Assembly (NCBI RefSeq): GCF_006345805.1
Contig: NC_042999.1
Location: forward strand, 51,584,001-51,648,000
Direction: 5' to 3'
DNA: 64,000 nucleotides
From: Octopus sinensis
Taxonomy: Eukaryota
Shown: positions 1 to 12,684 of the stretch, one piece after another
How the letters are laid out: each line of letters starts with the position of its first letter
Numbering within the stretch: the first letter of the stretch is position 1
The notes under the pieces: generated by a model
Databases searched by the model: none
What the model saw: the letters and a program-made list of their open reading frames with translations, nothing else
What the model was told of the DNA's origin: nothing
Program-made: the position numbers and the translations under genes

Positions 1-1819
1 CAAGGTGACAGAGATATCGCATAAAAGGAAAGTAAAAATAGCAATCTAGAAAGAGAAAACCGCCATCTTTACACCTTCCCCGCAGCTTTAAAATAATGGA
101 CGAGCTAACGATTCAATGAGACTATCACAGCGATTTTTTGTTTCTTTTACTTGTTTCAGTAAATTAGGCTGCGGCCATGCTGGAGCATTGCCTTGGAATG
201 TGAAAGGCTTGTAGTTAAAGGAAGAACACAGGATGGATTTTGAGAAAGTCATGACCTCCAAACGAATATGAAATATCTGAATTTGGAACGCTGAAGTGAG
301 TGCTGGCTCAGTTGCGATCTTTGACTGCGATGTTGTATTTAATTAGTAGAAACTCCTAAAGATCTATTTAATCCTCAATTGTTACGAGGAGTCCATTACT
401 TCTTTCATTGAAACATAAAAATGTTGAAAACAATGAAGAATACTTTAGACTCTTCCACGACAATGGCTCTGTATACCTCTATTGAACAACAGAAACGGAA
501 TTAGCAGATGGTTTTATAATACTTCTATAGTTGTCATGAAATAAGAAATATAAATCGACTATTATAGTTATTTTTTTCAAACTTAATGTAACATAAATCA
601 ATGACTGAACATTGATAAAGAACACGTTAATGGTATTGTTGAGTTCGATTGAAAGAAAGAGAGATTATAGAAAGTTGCGATTAAATAGAAAAATAAATAC
701 ACACTTTCCAATTGTTTAAAAATATATTTATCTTGTTCCCAGATTCTAAAAAGAAAATAATTTTGAAATCTGACTGCTTTTTCAGTAAGACATCAGCAGG
801 TTTCATATATATTGAAGATATATTTTGCCAATATATATATTTAGATGAAATAAATCGAGATATTGATAGATATTGACTTGAAAGTTATTAGTTTGAAATA
901 AATATTTGCTGGAAATAAAGAAAAATCATAAATATTCCTTGTAAGTTGAGTCGATTCCTAGAATTCTCTTTAAAAGATTTAACGGGATTTTATTTTATTT
1001 GTTTCAATATTTTTAACAGCCATAGTCGTTAATCTCCCTCTTCTGCCTAATATGTATTGTTCTGTATTTATCTTCTCCAGAAAAATCACTAGTAATGTTC
1101 AATTCTTCTTTACTATCACAGTTTGTTAGGTTAACCTTTAAGAAACCTCATACTTCTTACAGTCTTCGATCAAATGCTCCGTCATTTCTCAACCCTTTTT
1201 CAATCAACTTCGTTCTCCTGTTTGTACAATTACCATAACATCCTTTACTTGTTTCAAACTGTAAAATCATTTCCTGTCAAAACTATTAACTTCCGGTCTC
1301 TCATCATTAACTAAAGCGTCTCAATCATAAAACTTCTCTGAATCATTTATTGACCAACGAATGATGAAAGGTAAAGTCGACCTATGCAAGATTTGAACCT
1401 AGAATATAAAGTTTAGTAAACTAAATACTGCAAGATTATAGGTTAGATACTCTTCTGATTCTACCCATGCTGTTGTTCTACCAATCTTACCAGTCACCAC
1501 CTTCATGTTGCACTGATTCCACCACTTAATCCACCGATATTATACCAATCCATAGTTCTGTTCTTATAACATTTAAAGAAATCAACTTCAGAGATATTTA
1601 ATTGGTGAGTATTAAAAGTAAACGAGAGACGAAGCGTTTATAAAATCAGTCATCATGTGAATCTCTAAAATAGTCTGAAATATATTCGCAAGTGTTTTAC
1701 TTTTCATCTGACATTGATTGTATAACGTAAGACTTTACACTCCGGTCTCCTATAATAAGATAAAATTCTATCATGTCATGAAGAATAAATTCCATTGGGA
1801 AAGAGTCATTTTAGCCATT

Positions 1820-2640
1820 CTTATATTCGCTTTTCATTTATTTTGTGAATGTCTTATCGAAACTCCAAGCCTTTGGGCTCCACCCTCCACTTCTCTCCCA
1901 TCACTTGGATTCATAACTTCTTATCAGATTGCACTACTACTGCAGGGACTGACAGAGCTCTTTCAACCTTTCAAACAAATTCGATGTGTCACAAGATAAA
2001 CTTTTATCTCCGCCTCCGAGTTTTCTTTCAGTACATCAATGACTTATTAACCTCCTCTTCTGACAACACCTACCCCAACACTGATAACGTCTTTCATTCT
2101 TCCTTAATATTCTTCAACCACCCCAATCACACACTGACTCCATGAACAGAAATATCGAAAGCAGCCTCCATTGACGCTTTTTCTAATATTCTCTTTCAAC
2201 GACAAGAAACTTGAACGTTATTCCTTAAAAAAAAAAAAGAATAATCTATCCACATTCTTTAATGATGAAGAGCAGAACTAAAACTCAGCCCCTCAAAAAT
2301 CACTCCAAAAGTTGGGTCTTACTATCTCCGACAATATCTCCTGGCGAACGGACATCGTTATCATAGTGTAGGGTTGACTAATACCACGTGAGTGGAATTT
2401 GATAAACAAAAACTGCGCAGAATCCCATTGTACACACTCTCTCACACACGTACACACACATATAATGCATACACACAGAGACACACATGCATAAGAGGAA
2501 AGTGTGAACGTTGACTAGAAAACTGAAAAACCTGTCCTCTTCAATGAAAGTTCTTTGCGATATTTGTTTCGAAGCAAGTTCCAGATACTCCCTTGCCTTT
2601 CTCGACACCAGAAAACCAATTATTGGCCTCATGTAGATCA
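1820..2640 (+). mobile_element. Highly degenerate LINE (L2/CR1-like) reverse transcriptase relic
   Basis: FFQYINDLLTSSSDNTYPNTDN (ORF 1849-2145) resembles the LF.LYINDL...YADD region. Downstream KSLQKLGLTISDNISWRTDI (about 2296-2360) resembles LG+TISxNLSWxxHI. Many stops and frameshifts. Confidence 0.5.
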
Positions 2641-3638
2641 CGTAGCTATTGTTTATTAGTTGGGTTATAGAAAAAATGTTTTATCATAAAATTACTCCTC
2701 GTCTCATGTCTCCCTCACAATCATCACAGCTCTTTCAACTCAGCTCCGTAACATATCTTTTTAATTTCTACATTGTAGAGTTGTTCATTTTCTCCGTTCA
2801 GCCTTAATTTATTTGTCTACAAGGAAATCAGCCTCGTTCCATGCCATTGAACGAATATTCTTTGCTTCATGAATCAGGATATTATTATACATCTTTGGTA
2901 AAGATGTAAGTCTTTTCTAATTTAATCTCATAGCCTTCTTGTAATCTCAACGTAAAGAGAATCAAGAATTCGGTTGTGACAGTGATTCCTTCTACAGACC
3001 CAACAAAGGAGTTCTGTCCATGAAACCAGTTAAGCAGAAATACGAAAGAAACAAATGGAAAACAAGACAAGCAACATAAAGAACGACTATTCATCAGTTT
3101 TATCGGCTGTTTTATCTACTCCACATTTAGAGCATTTACGACAAGATGTACCTTCGTCAAAACAGTTGTTCCCGCAAAGCAAATTAAATAAAATTTAGTA
3201 TTTGCGGATATCAAAGTTGATAACAAAAACAGGACAGTGAAAACGGTAAGGGCTGTTAAGCCATGACGAGGTGAGGTGGCGAACGCAGGAGAAACAAGCT
3301 TTGACAGGAGACAGACAAGGATGCGTCTGATCACTTGTAGCTGATCGGAAGAAAAGAAACTCAAATTAGGAAAAGAAAGATGGCCGATGGTCACGTGTGA
3401 GCAGCGAGAGAGTAAAGGAGGACGAGAGAGGGAAAGATAGAGAACGGTGGAGGGGAGAGTAAAAGAATTAGAGAAAGGATGAGATAGAAAAAACGAAAGG
3501 GGAGAATTAAAAAAATTAGAGAAAGGAAGAAAGAGGAAACGAAAGAGAAATAGAAATAGAACAAGTGTAACATCAAAATTAAGATAAACTTACTTGGAAA
3601 TGGATGCGTTGCGTTCAATCATATAATAATATAACTTA

Positions 3639-3644
3639 TATATA

Positions 3645-3716
<72 letters not shown>
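3639..3716. repeat. (TA)n microsatellite
   Basis: Directly visible. Confidence 0.98.
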
Positions 3717-3719
<3 letters not shown>

Positions 3720-3755
3720 TGTATACATACATATATGTACATACATATATATATA

Positions 3756-4151
3756 CTCTTTACTCTTTTTACTCTTTTACTTGTTTCAGTCATTTGATTG
3801 TGGCTATGCTGGAGAACCGCCTTTAGTCGAGCAAATCGACCCCAGGACTTATTTTTTGTAAGCCTAGTACTTATTCTATCGGTCTCTTTTGCCGAGCCGC
3901 TAAGTTACGGGGACGTAAACACACCAGCATCGGTTGTCAAGCCATGCTAGGGGGACAAACATACACGCACACACACACATATATAGACATATATACGACG
4001 GGCTTCTTTCAGTTTCTGTCTACCAAATCCACTCACAAGGCTTTGGTCGGCCCGAGGCTATAGAAGAAGACAGTTGCCCAAGGTGCCATGCAGTGGGACT
4101 GAACCCGGAAACATGTGCTTAGTAAGCAAGCTACTTACCACATAGCCACTC
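3756..4151 (-). mobile_element. tRNA-derived SINE, family B (near full length)
   Basis: The reverse complement starts gagtggctatgtggtaagtagc...ccgggttcagtcccactgc (A/B-box-like head), has an internal (TG/TA) tract and ends in a (gtaaaaga)n tail. Homologous pieces occur at about 140-190, 19430-19515, 27510-27550, 39945-40220 and 56155-56315. Confidence 0.9.
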
Positions 4152-4577
4152 ATACGCCGATATATGTATATACATATGTATATATGGATACAGGACTTCA
4201 TAGAACGTAAACATATACATACACTAACAGAGTTGGTGCTTATCTAGTAGAGTCATAGAAGTTCTCTTTCATGTTTGTTTTTTGTATAATTGATAAACAT
4301 AATCGACTTTTTTAAAAATATATATTTAGCCATCAATACTAGACACATTTAATAGTAAATAACGAAAGCAAATGTTGCCATTCGTGCTTTTATTACTTGT
4401 TTGTGTTTTGTTTTTCTATGGGTCTATACTTATGTCTTTCTCACTCCCTTCTCTCTCCATCTCTTTCTTGCCCTCTCTCTCTTTATGTGTGTTTGTTTGT
4501 GTCTATATATATGTATGTGTGTATATACGTGTGTATATGTATTTGTATGTGTATGTTTGCGTGTGTGTGTAAGGCGA

Positions 4578-4680
<103 letters not shown>

Positions 4681-5849
4681 TGTGTATATGTGTGCATTTG
4701 GTAGTATTTAACCACCTACACACGCGGTCGTTTCTCTGCTGAATTCACACCTCTCAGTAGCTTGAAAAAATTTCCGTCGATCTAAAAATTACCTTGGGAC
4801 TCTTTGTGGATTTATGACTCCATCCATTTATTCATCCTCAACCCAAACGTTGATGACTCACTGATAATTGACTCCCATTAATTATCTTTACTCACCCCTC
4901 CCCAATCTCCCACCTGCCCTTTCCCCCCTTTTTCTATTCGTCCCTCTCTATCTTCTGTCTTTTGACAATATTCATTTATGTATTACCCATCCATTAATTT
5001 AAATTACTTATTTAATATACTTATTTTCATATTGTACATATCTGTATCTATTCTACGTAAATTATCATGTTACTATATTATTTTTCTATATTATACATTT
5101 TATTTTATATTTTTACCTTTGTATAATTTATATATTATATACATTGTATTTTATTCAACTCGGTTTTAGTTGTATAAATTACTCTTTCTTTCTTTTCAAA
5201 CTTTTTCTCTACTCGCTTTCTCTATCTCTCTCTTATACTCTCTTTTTCTCTTGTACCTAGTAGACGTCCTTCTCTTCTAATTGCTTTCTTTCTTTTTCCC
5301 TCCCTAAATAATTATAAAATGCTTCGCCATTCATCCCACTTTGGACATAGTTATCAGTAACGTAATACAATAAAGTATTCCCTGATGATCCATTGTGGGT
5401 GAGCATTTGAAACACCTATTGTAAGGCTCCAAACAGCCTTAGTGGTGAAACGAGCGCAGGAACTATATAAACATGCGTTTATCCCCATTTCTTCTATTTT
5501 CATAATTGTGAAAATATGCTTAAGTTCTCTGTTTCTTATTTGTGACAAACATTGCTGTTTTCTAAATATTTACATCTTAGTCAGAGATTTCAGGTCGGCA
5601 ATCATGACTCATTTTTCTTGGTGGGAGAGAGGGCGAAGATTACTGGAGACCTGCTTGTAATAGAGTGAACTCTCTTTAAGATATCCAAGAATATCAGGTG
5701 TGGGTGCTAAACCAGGCATTGGATTAAAACCCAACAACTGATAACCTAAAGAGCTGAAACAATCACCACATGGCTCTGACAATTCCGCCGCCAATCCACT
5801 GCTCTGGAGTGGTTTTTTACTTGACTTTGGAATGATAAAAAGAGTACTG

Positions 5850-6310
5850 ATGTCAGAGAAATGTAAGATTTTGTGGGACTTTCCTATTCAAATGGAGAAG
5901 TTAGAAAATAATAAACCGGACGTAACAATCATAAATAATAAAAAGCGACGTTGCTTACTAATTGACCCATCATGCCTGGTTAATTCTAGGATCGTGAAGA
6001 AAGAGGAAGAAAAACAAAAAATTACAATCACGTAAAATTTGTAATAGGAAGAATTTTGGAGCATGCGAACAGTAGAGGTTGGAGTATGAAAGCTGTAAAG
6101 TTGGTGCCTATAATAATTGGTGCATTGGGAACAGTAAGCCAAGATATAGACAAATGGCTGAAGGAGATTGGAATAGAATGCCTGGTAGAGCTCCTATAGA
6201 AAGTTTGTCTCTTGGGAACAGCAAGGATTATCAGGAGGGTCCTCAGCACTTGAAAGACTGCTGAAAACTTGTGGATACATAAGGTTACAGGTAGCAACCC
6301 GCTATCCATA
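5850..6310 (+). mobile_element. R4/Dong-like non-LTR retrotransposon 3' fragment (RLE domain), subfamily a
   Basis: EKCKILWDFPIQ...NNKPDVTII...CLLIDPSC is followed by VPIIIGALGTV and VCLLGTARIIRRVLST*. A TAA-like run lies nearby at about 6400-6425. Confidence 0.85.
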
Positions 6311-6782
6311 AACTATGTATATTAAATAAGTAATTTAAATTAATGGATGGGTAATACATAAACCCTACCAGGAATAAGACCGAACCTGATCCGAACCAAA
6401 ATAATGATAATAATAATGATGATAATTAATTAATTAATTAATTAATATATTACTGGTGTTGAGAGGACAAGAAGCTACGAAGATCTGTTATCTTTATATA
6501 AATGTTGAAAGTTTATTCTGGCAAATAGGATTTTCCTGTGCGTCTCTTTCCGTAAATCAATATTTATCACATTTGTTGAGCAGAAATGAGGAACTTCATT
6601 ATCAATATTACTAGGTTTTGTACACGATTTAAAATCATTTCTCATTGGTTATTTTTTACAGCGAAGAATATTTGTTGGAAATATTTTAAAAAGTTCTTTC
6701 TCTCTCCCCCCCTCTCTCTCCCTCTTAAAATAATAAATGAGAAAAGTATTTAATTTTTAATATTTAACATAGATTCTCTATA

Positions 6783-6829
6783 ACCATAGACAGATTGTTT
6801 CGAAAATTCTCTTTTCTCATCAGTGTGAT
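6783..6829 (-). ncRNA. Type I hammerhead ribozyme core, possibly partly decayed
   Basis: The minus strand reads ATCACA-CTGATGA-GAAAA-gagaa-TTTTC-GAAAC-A-atc-T-GTC-TATGGT. This gives an intact CUGAUGA core, a 5-bp stem II, GAAA, a short stem III, a GUC cleavage triplet and a stem I with 5 of 6 pairs. Confidence 0.6.
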
Positions 6830-7239
6830 GCGAAGTGAATGGGCTTGTGATAAAAATAATAGACGCATTTCATGTTGAGGCAAAGTTATTGATTTTTCTC
6901 AAACATAAATTTGACCTACGATGTATATTTCGTCCAATGTAGATTCCCGTCCAGCTTTCACTGATTCTTATCGTTGAAATATTTATGTTACGAAATAGAA
7001 TTTTATTATCCTAAAACATCCATACATATATGGATGAAAGCCACTTGTGCACCTGTGAATTTCTACGACCGTTGTGTCAGACAATCTGCAATGAGGAGCA
7101 CCATTCTTAAATTCTTAATTGGATGCGATTTTCACTCAGTATAAATTCATTTTTCGTTGGCTATTCATGGGAAATAAGAATTTTTGTAGATAATGGACTG
7201 GTGACGTTTAATAACTAGTTTTCTAATTATTAAGATAGA

Positions 7240-7435
7240 CAGACTGACATACAGACAGACAAGCAAGTAGGAAGGAAGGAAGGTAAGTAGATAGGTAGGT
7301 AGGTAGGTAGATAGGTAGGTAGATAGGTAGGTAGGTAGGTAGGTAGGTAGGTAGGTAGTAGGTAGGTAGCTAGGTAGGTAGCTAGGTAGGTAGGTAAGTA
7401 GGCAGGCAGACAGGCAGGCAGCTAGCTAGCTAGGT
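7240..7435. repeat. Compound (AGAC)/(AGGA)/(AGGT)n microsatellite
   Basis: Directly visible. Confidence 0.95.
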
Positions 7436-7699
7436 AAGAAATTTTCATTTGTTCCACAGACGACATCCTACCAAAGCAAAACGGACATCTTGAAACAATG
7501 AGTCTATCACTGCAGCAATGATAAATACTAATTAGTTAATGCCTTAAATTAATTAGCAATAGTATTTTGTTAACAAACTTTCAGTCTGAAGAAGTTGACA
7601 ATTGTCGCAAAAGGATATTATTGAATATCGATGACTTGTCTGCCATTCGGCTTTAAGCTGCTTCTAAACAAGGAAAGCACTTAATCGCTGTTGAATGAT

Positions 7700-7970
7700 G
7701 TTGATTTATATTTCATTCGTATTCTGAATATCTACACGCCCACATTGGCATCTTGGGCAAACCTATTCTCTTATAGCATTTGATCAAAGCTTTTCGTGTG
7801 AAATCCAGTAGACAAGGCTATGCATGTTGGACAAGGCGGAATTAATTATCGTTTTATTTTTTAACATCAACACCAGGTCCTTGGTTGTTTTTAGCAGCAT
7901 AGTCCTTACTCTTACAAGCATTTGGACCAGGTTTCCTGTCTGAAAGTAACTTCTTTTCTAAAGAAAGCCC
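7700..7970 (-). mobile_element. Degenerate LINE RT relic (R4-like)
   Basis: Minus-strand ctggatttcacacgaaaagctttgatcaa resembles LDFxKAFD, and upstream PNACK resembles the GCK motif of R4-type RTs. Frameshifted. Confidence 0.4.
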
Positions 7971-8577
7971 TGAAAATGATTATGTATCTTTCTATTTTGA
8001 AACTAACTTATACTCGATGGTCTTAATGAGATAGATCGTTTCTGTTCTAGTAGATTCCCGTTTGCTAGTAGCACTATATTCCTACCGCCACTAACAATCC
8101 ACAGTTGTTTATACAACCATATTGCTCGGCATATAGATTACTTTACCATTGCTTGTTTGTTTCTTTTAATTTATAGACAAGAATTTCCAGCTAATTTTCT
8201 TGATAGAGTGAAGTTTACAATAAAATGTGATACTTCATTGGTTGTTGATCAGGTGAACGGGAATTGTAAGGAAAACGGTCAATAATTATATTTTCATTTG
8301 TTGAATCGTTTTGTTTCTCTTGGTTTTCTCCAGTTTTTCAAGAAATTCAATGTTAACATACAATGTATATTCATTATATATATACTATCAAAAATATTTC
8401 TTCTGTAACTATTTCTTATTCAGCTAGCGTTTTATATTTATCTTTACATGACTAAACTTTAACTTTAAAAATATTCATAATAAGATTATTCTTCTTATTC
8501 CGAAAAAAAAAAAAAAAAAACTTAGACTTTTTCATTGAGAAAGTGCAAGAAATCAATACTAAAGGTTATGGGCCATT

Positions 8578-9478
8578 TACAAGGTGGTATCAAAACGTTC
8601 CCGGACTAGTTCTGTAGTGCGCCAACAGATGGCAGCACACAGTTGCATGCACAGTGAGAGCTAGCAGTGACCTCTATGGGGCAGTGTGCTGAGTGACATC
8701 GCTGTGTTTACTTCGCAAGTTGTGAAATTCGTGTTTTTCTGATCACGTGAAAGCTGTAGTCAGTGATTTTTTTGTCCTGAACTGCAAAGTGGAACAAAGA
8801 GCGAACGTGAAATTTTACGTTAAACTTGGGAAGTCTGCTACAGAGACATTGAGCGTGCTTCGGCAAGCTTACGGCGATGAGGCAATGGGTCTTATTCACT
8901 GTTTCGAGTGCTTCAAAAGCGGAAAAACGTCCCTGAAATACGATGATCCACCTGGAAGGCCTTCCATACGTGTCACCTCCGAAAATATGGAGAAAATTCA
9001 TCAGCTTCTGTATGATAATCATCGGAGGACAATCAACGACATTGCTGATGTTGTTGGTCTGTCGTATGAGTCCGTGTAGGCAATCCTAACGAACCCTGTT
9101 ACCGTGTTTATCGAACCCTGTTACCGTGTCCTTCTCACTCGTGAGTTTCTCGTCAAAAACATGGTATTGCTCCTACATCCGCCTTATTCGCCAGATTTTT
9201 CGCCTTCGGATATCCATCTCTTCCCCAAGAGGAATTTGCAGTTCAAAGGTCGCTGCTTCAACCCTGTTATCGAGATCAAGGGCGAACCGCAGAAGGTCCT
9301 CGACTCGCTTACGGAAAACGACTTCCAGGCCGTATTCCAAAAGTGGCGGGAACGCTGAGACCGATGTACTGCTGCGCAATGGGATTATTTCGAAGGAGAT
9401 GATGTCAAAAATTAGGTAAAAAAAAGGAATTTTTTATTAAACATAACTAGTCCGGGAACTCTTTGAGAGCGCCTAGTG
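8578..9478 (+). mobile_element. Internally deleted mariner transposon (901 bp)
   Basis: Imperfect 34-bp TIRs at 8578-8611 and 9445-9478 share a 15-bp exact core, gttcccggactagtt. The N-terminal HTH reads EQRANVKFYVKLGKSATET...GRP and the C-terminus reads HPPYSPDFSPSDIHLFP. The central catalytic region is missing. Confidence 0.92.
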
Positions 9479-10329
9479 AACATAGAAACCAGAGAAGCTG
9501 CTATATGATAATATACGATAATATATGATACTTTGTGGTCAGAAATGAGTTCGGCTGGAAGAAACAACGAATATATCAGGCCAGATACGGTTTAAGGTGC
9601 TGCTGGTATCAAGGGCAATAATTATTCTAATTTTGTAATTAGTGATGTATGAACAACTGTTTCTACTAATTCTGGATCCGCGGAAATTGTATCATTGGCT
9701 AACCCTCTAAAACCTCTACTTTATTCCTGAACCACAAATGCTATGGCAATGTAACTTGGCACATGCATGTACCATGGATAAGCTAACATTTCTGCATTAC
9801 AAAAGTATTGCTGACGTCAGTATTTTTCTGATGATGTCATCAAATTTACTGAAATCTTTTAAAATTTTGCCTTTTTATTTTGCCGAAATTTCACAAGAAC
9901 TATTTATGCCATGATAAGGAAGCTTTGAAGAAATATACACCATTAACGGACAAATTTGTTTCTATAACTAGAACTTTGCTGATGGTAGTGTTGTTTGGTG
10001 ATATTTTTTTCGGTTACAAGGGCTTACAATCAAATATCATAAAATAAATATCCAAGAAATATCATTTTATACTACCTGTTCAATTTCTGCTTCCATGGAA
10101 ACAGAGAAAATTTGTTTCAAAATCTGCCACGTGAGCATTTAACAGGATAAATTTTAGGAAAAGTCACAACGAGGTGGGAGAGCTCTCACAGTTCACCACC
10201 GCCAGACATAATAGGATTAAGAAGAGAGTCTCACTGGTCTGTGTAAAACTTACATGTTATTTTACAATTGTTTCTAAATTGTTGATGTAAGTTAAGGAAA
10301 AAGATTGGCAGTTGGAAGACAGAGAGGTC

Positions 10330-11250
10330 ATCGATGAATCTTTGGTAGAGAAGTCATCCATAGGATTATTGGGAGAAGTATATTGAAATGGAAACATGGT
10401 TCAGAGTTTACAAGTTAATTTAGGGAATACTGTTTAAGAACGGAGCCGAAGTGACCTGATCGTTGTTTTTCTTTGTCTTCTTTTTATGCTGTTTCGTCTT
10501 CGCATGGGATTATCTTAAAGGCAAGTCGGTTCGAGGGTATGCCTGTTTCTGTAGAAAGAGTGAACAGTTAATAGCAAATATGGATCGTCTTATGAGCATG
10601 AATGATACGTAGAGAGATTTTGGTTGAGATCGAAGAGGCTTTATACTTTGAAGAAATCCCTTTTAACACGAGAACCGAATGCGGTTGAAGATGACAAATG
10701 GCTCGAGGAAGAGAAGAGGTTGGTTGGTTGGTTGGCTGTTCGGTCGGTCGGTCGATTGATTGGTGTTGTGTTGGATTATTTATTAGTTAATTATCGGACT
10801 GCCCCACGGCAGCAGAGTGTTTGAGATGTGGCCAAATAGTTGAATTTGTATGAATAGAGTAGAAGTGTGTTGTCATGAAGACTGTATCAGTCAGTCTGCA
10901 TGACAGTCAGAATTTAAGGAGTAAATATTTCGGTTTCAATGGCATCAATGTTGGGGGATCAATGAAAGAGAACCGAAAGGAGTTTGGGTCTTGATTCCCC
11001 AAACATAATGACTTCATTAAAAGAAGATGAAATAGATGTCCAAAAACAGATCGAGAGGTAATCGAACTGATGTTGGTAATCTATCAGATGCTGGTAATAG
11101 ATCAGATGCTGGTAGTTTGGAAGTAAGTAGGGATGAAGTTTTAGGAATGGATGAAAGAGACTTTTAATTGGAAATCTTTATTGCAATCAATCTGGAGACA
11201 CAGGTAGATTCCAAACGAAAGAAAAAGACACGGAATTTTTGAAATAAATT
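10330..11250 (-). mobile_element. Very degenerate LINE (L2-like) relic
   Basis: Only scattered resemblance to L2 RT and C-terminal sequence. Confidence 0.3.
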
Positions 11251-11297
11251 TGAACACAGCATGTAGCCAGAATAACGAAGAAAGAGTAGAAATAATC

Positions 11298-11480
11298 CTC
11301 TCTATACTATAGGCACAAGACCTGAAATTTGAGGGGAGGGGCTAGTCGATTACATCGACCCCAGTATGCAACTGGTACTTATTTTATCGACCCCGAAAGG
11401 ATGAAAGGCGAATTCGACCTCGGCAGAATTTGAACTCAGAACGTAAGGACGGACGAAATGCTGCTAAGCATTTTGCGTCC
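11298..11480 (-). mobile_element. tRNA-derived SINE, family A (3' type 2)
   Basis: Contains the core gtcgattacatcgaccccag...atcgaccccgaaaggatgaaaggc...gaatttgaactc shared with 14797-15033 and 60303-60520. Confidence 0.88.
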
Positions 11481-11859
11481 GTTCTTAGATTAGAAATAAT
11501 GGTAGCGAAAAGTGTGTCTTGAAGAGAATATAAAATTTTCCCCATCGCATAGTTTTCTGTTCTTTAAGAGTTTGCTTGGTGACGAATAGTGAGAAGAGAC
11601 CAAGGTTACTACAAACCTCTACATGTGACCTTCCTAACTGGATTTTTGCTGCTTCAGGTTAAGGATTCTAAAATCCCTGGCGAGAGTTACTAGTAAGAAC
11701 TGGGGAAGGAGCTGATACTGAATTATGAGTCAGCAGATATGGTAACCTTCCTCAGTGGAAAGCTACAACTAAAAGTAGTTTTGTACGAGGCTGTTTTTGT
11801 CGAACGGGATATTTGAACTAAATGCGTGAAAGAAAGCGAATTCACCAAAACAATGCAAG

Positions 11860-12378
11860 AATCTGGAAATGATTTTAAACCGGGCAGTATCTTAGGCTTA
11901 CATCAGCAATGTCGTTGAATGTCCCCCTCCGATGATTCTCATGCAAAAGATGATGAATTTTCTTCACATTTTCGGAGGTGGTACGTATGGAAGGTCTTCC
12001 TGATGGATCATCGTATTTCAGGGACGTTCATCCGCTTTTGAAGCGCCTGTGCCATTCAAATCATTACCTACGACACATTGCCTCGCTGCAGTAAGCTTTT
12101 CGAAGCATGCACAATGTCTCTGTAGCAGTCTTAGCAAGTTTAATGCAAAATTTCATCGTTGGCGCTTTGTTCCTGTCCTTGACAAAATCGCAGACTGCAG
12201 CAGACACAAATGATCACAAAAAATCAAAGTCCAGAACTTGCGAAGCAAACAAAGCGATGTCACTCGGCACCCGGCCTCACGAAAATCACTGCTAGCCCTC
12301 ACTGCGCAGGCAACCGTGTGGTCCCACGTGTTGGCGCACTACAGAACTAGTCCGCGAACATTTTAATACCATCTCGTA
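11860..12378 (-). mobile_element. Mariner 5' half, same family as 8578-9478
   Basis: The end at 12378, read on the minus strand (tacgagatggtattaaaatgttcgcggactagttctgtagtgcgccaac), matches the 5' TIR and subterminal of the 8578 copy. The antisense HTH sequence aligns with 8790-9030. Confidence 0.88.
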
Positions 12379-12384
12379 TAAGTA

Positions 12385-12684
<300 letters not shown>

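Noticed and set aside
3116-3394. 92-aa hydrophobic ORF
   Set aside because: No recognisable domain; its composition follows from the purine-rich opposite strand.
7854-7969. Apparent terminal exon GLSLEKKLLSDRKPGPNACK...VKK*
   Set aside because: It lies within a frameshifted RT relic with LDFxKAFD-like sequence just downstream.
9709-10220. Possible TTAA-type (piggyBac/Kolobok) MITE
   Set aside because: The ends are too degenerate to define TIRs or a TSD.
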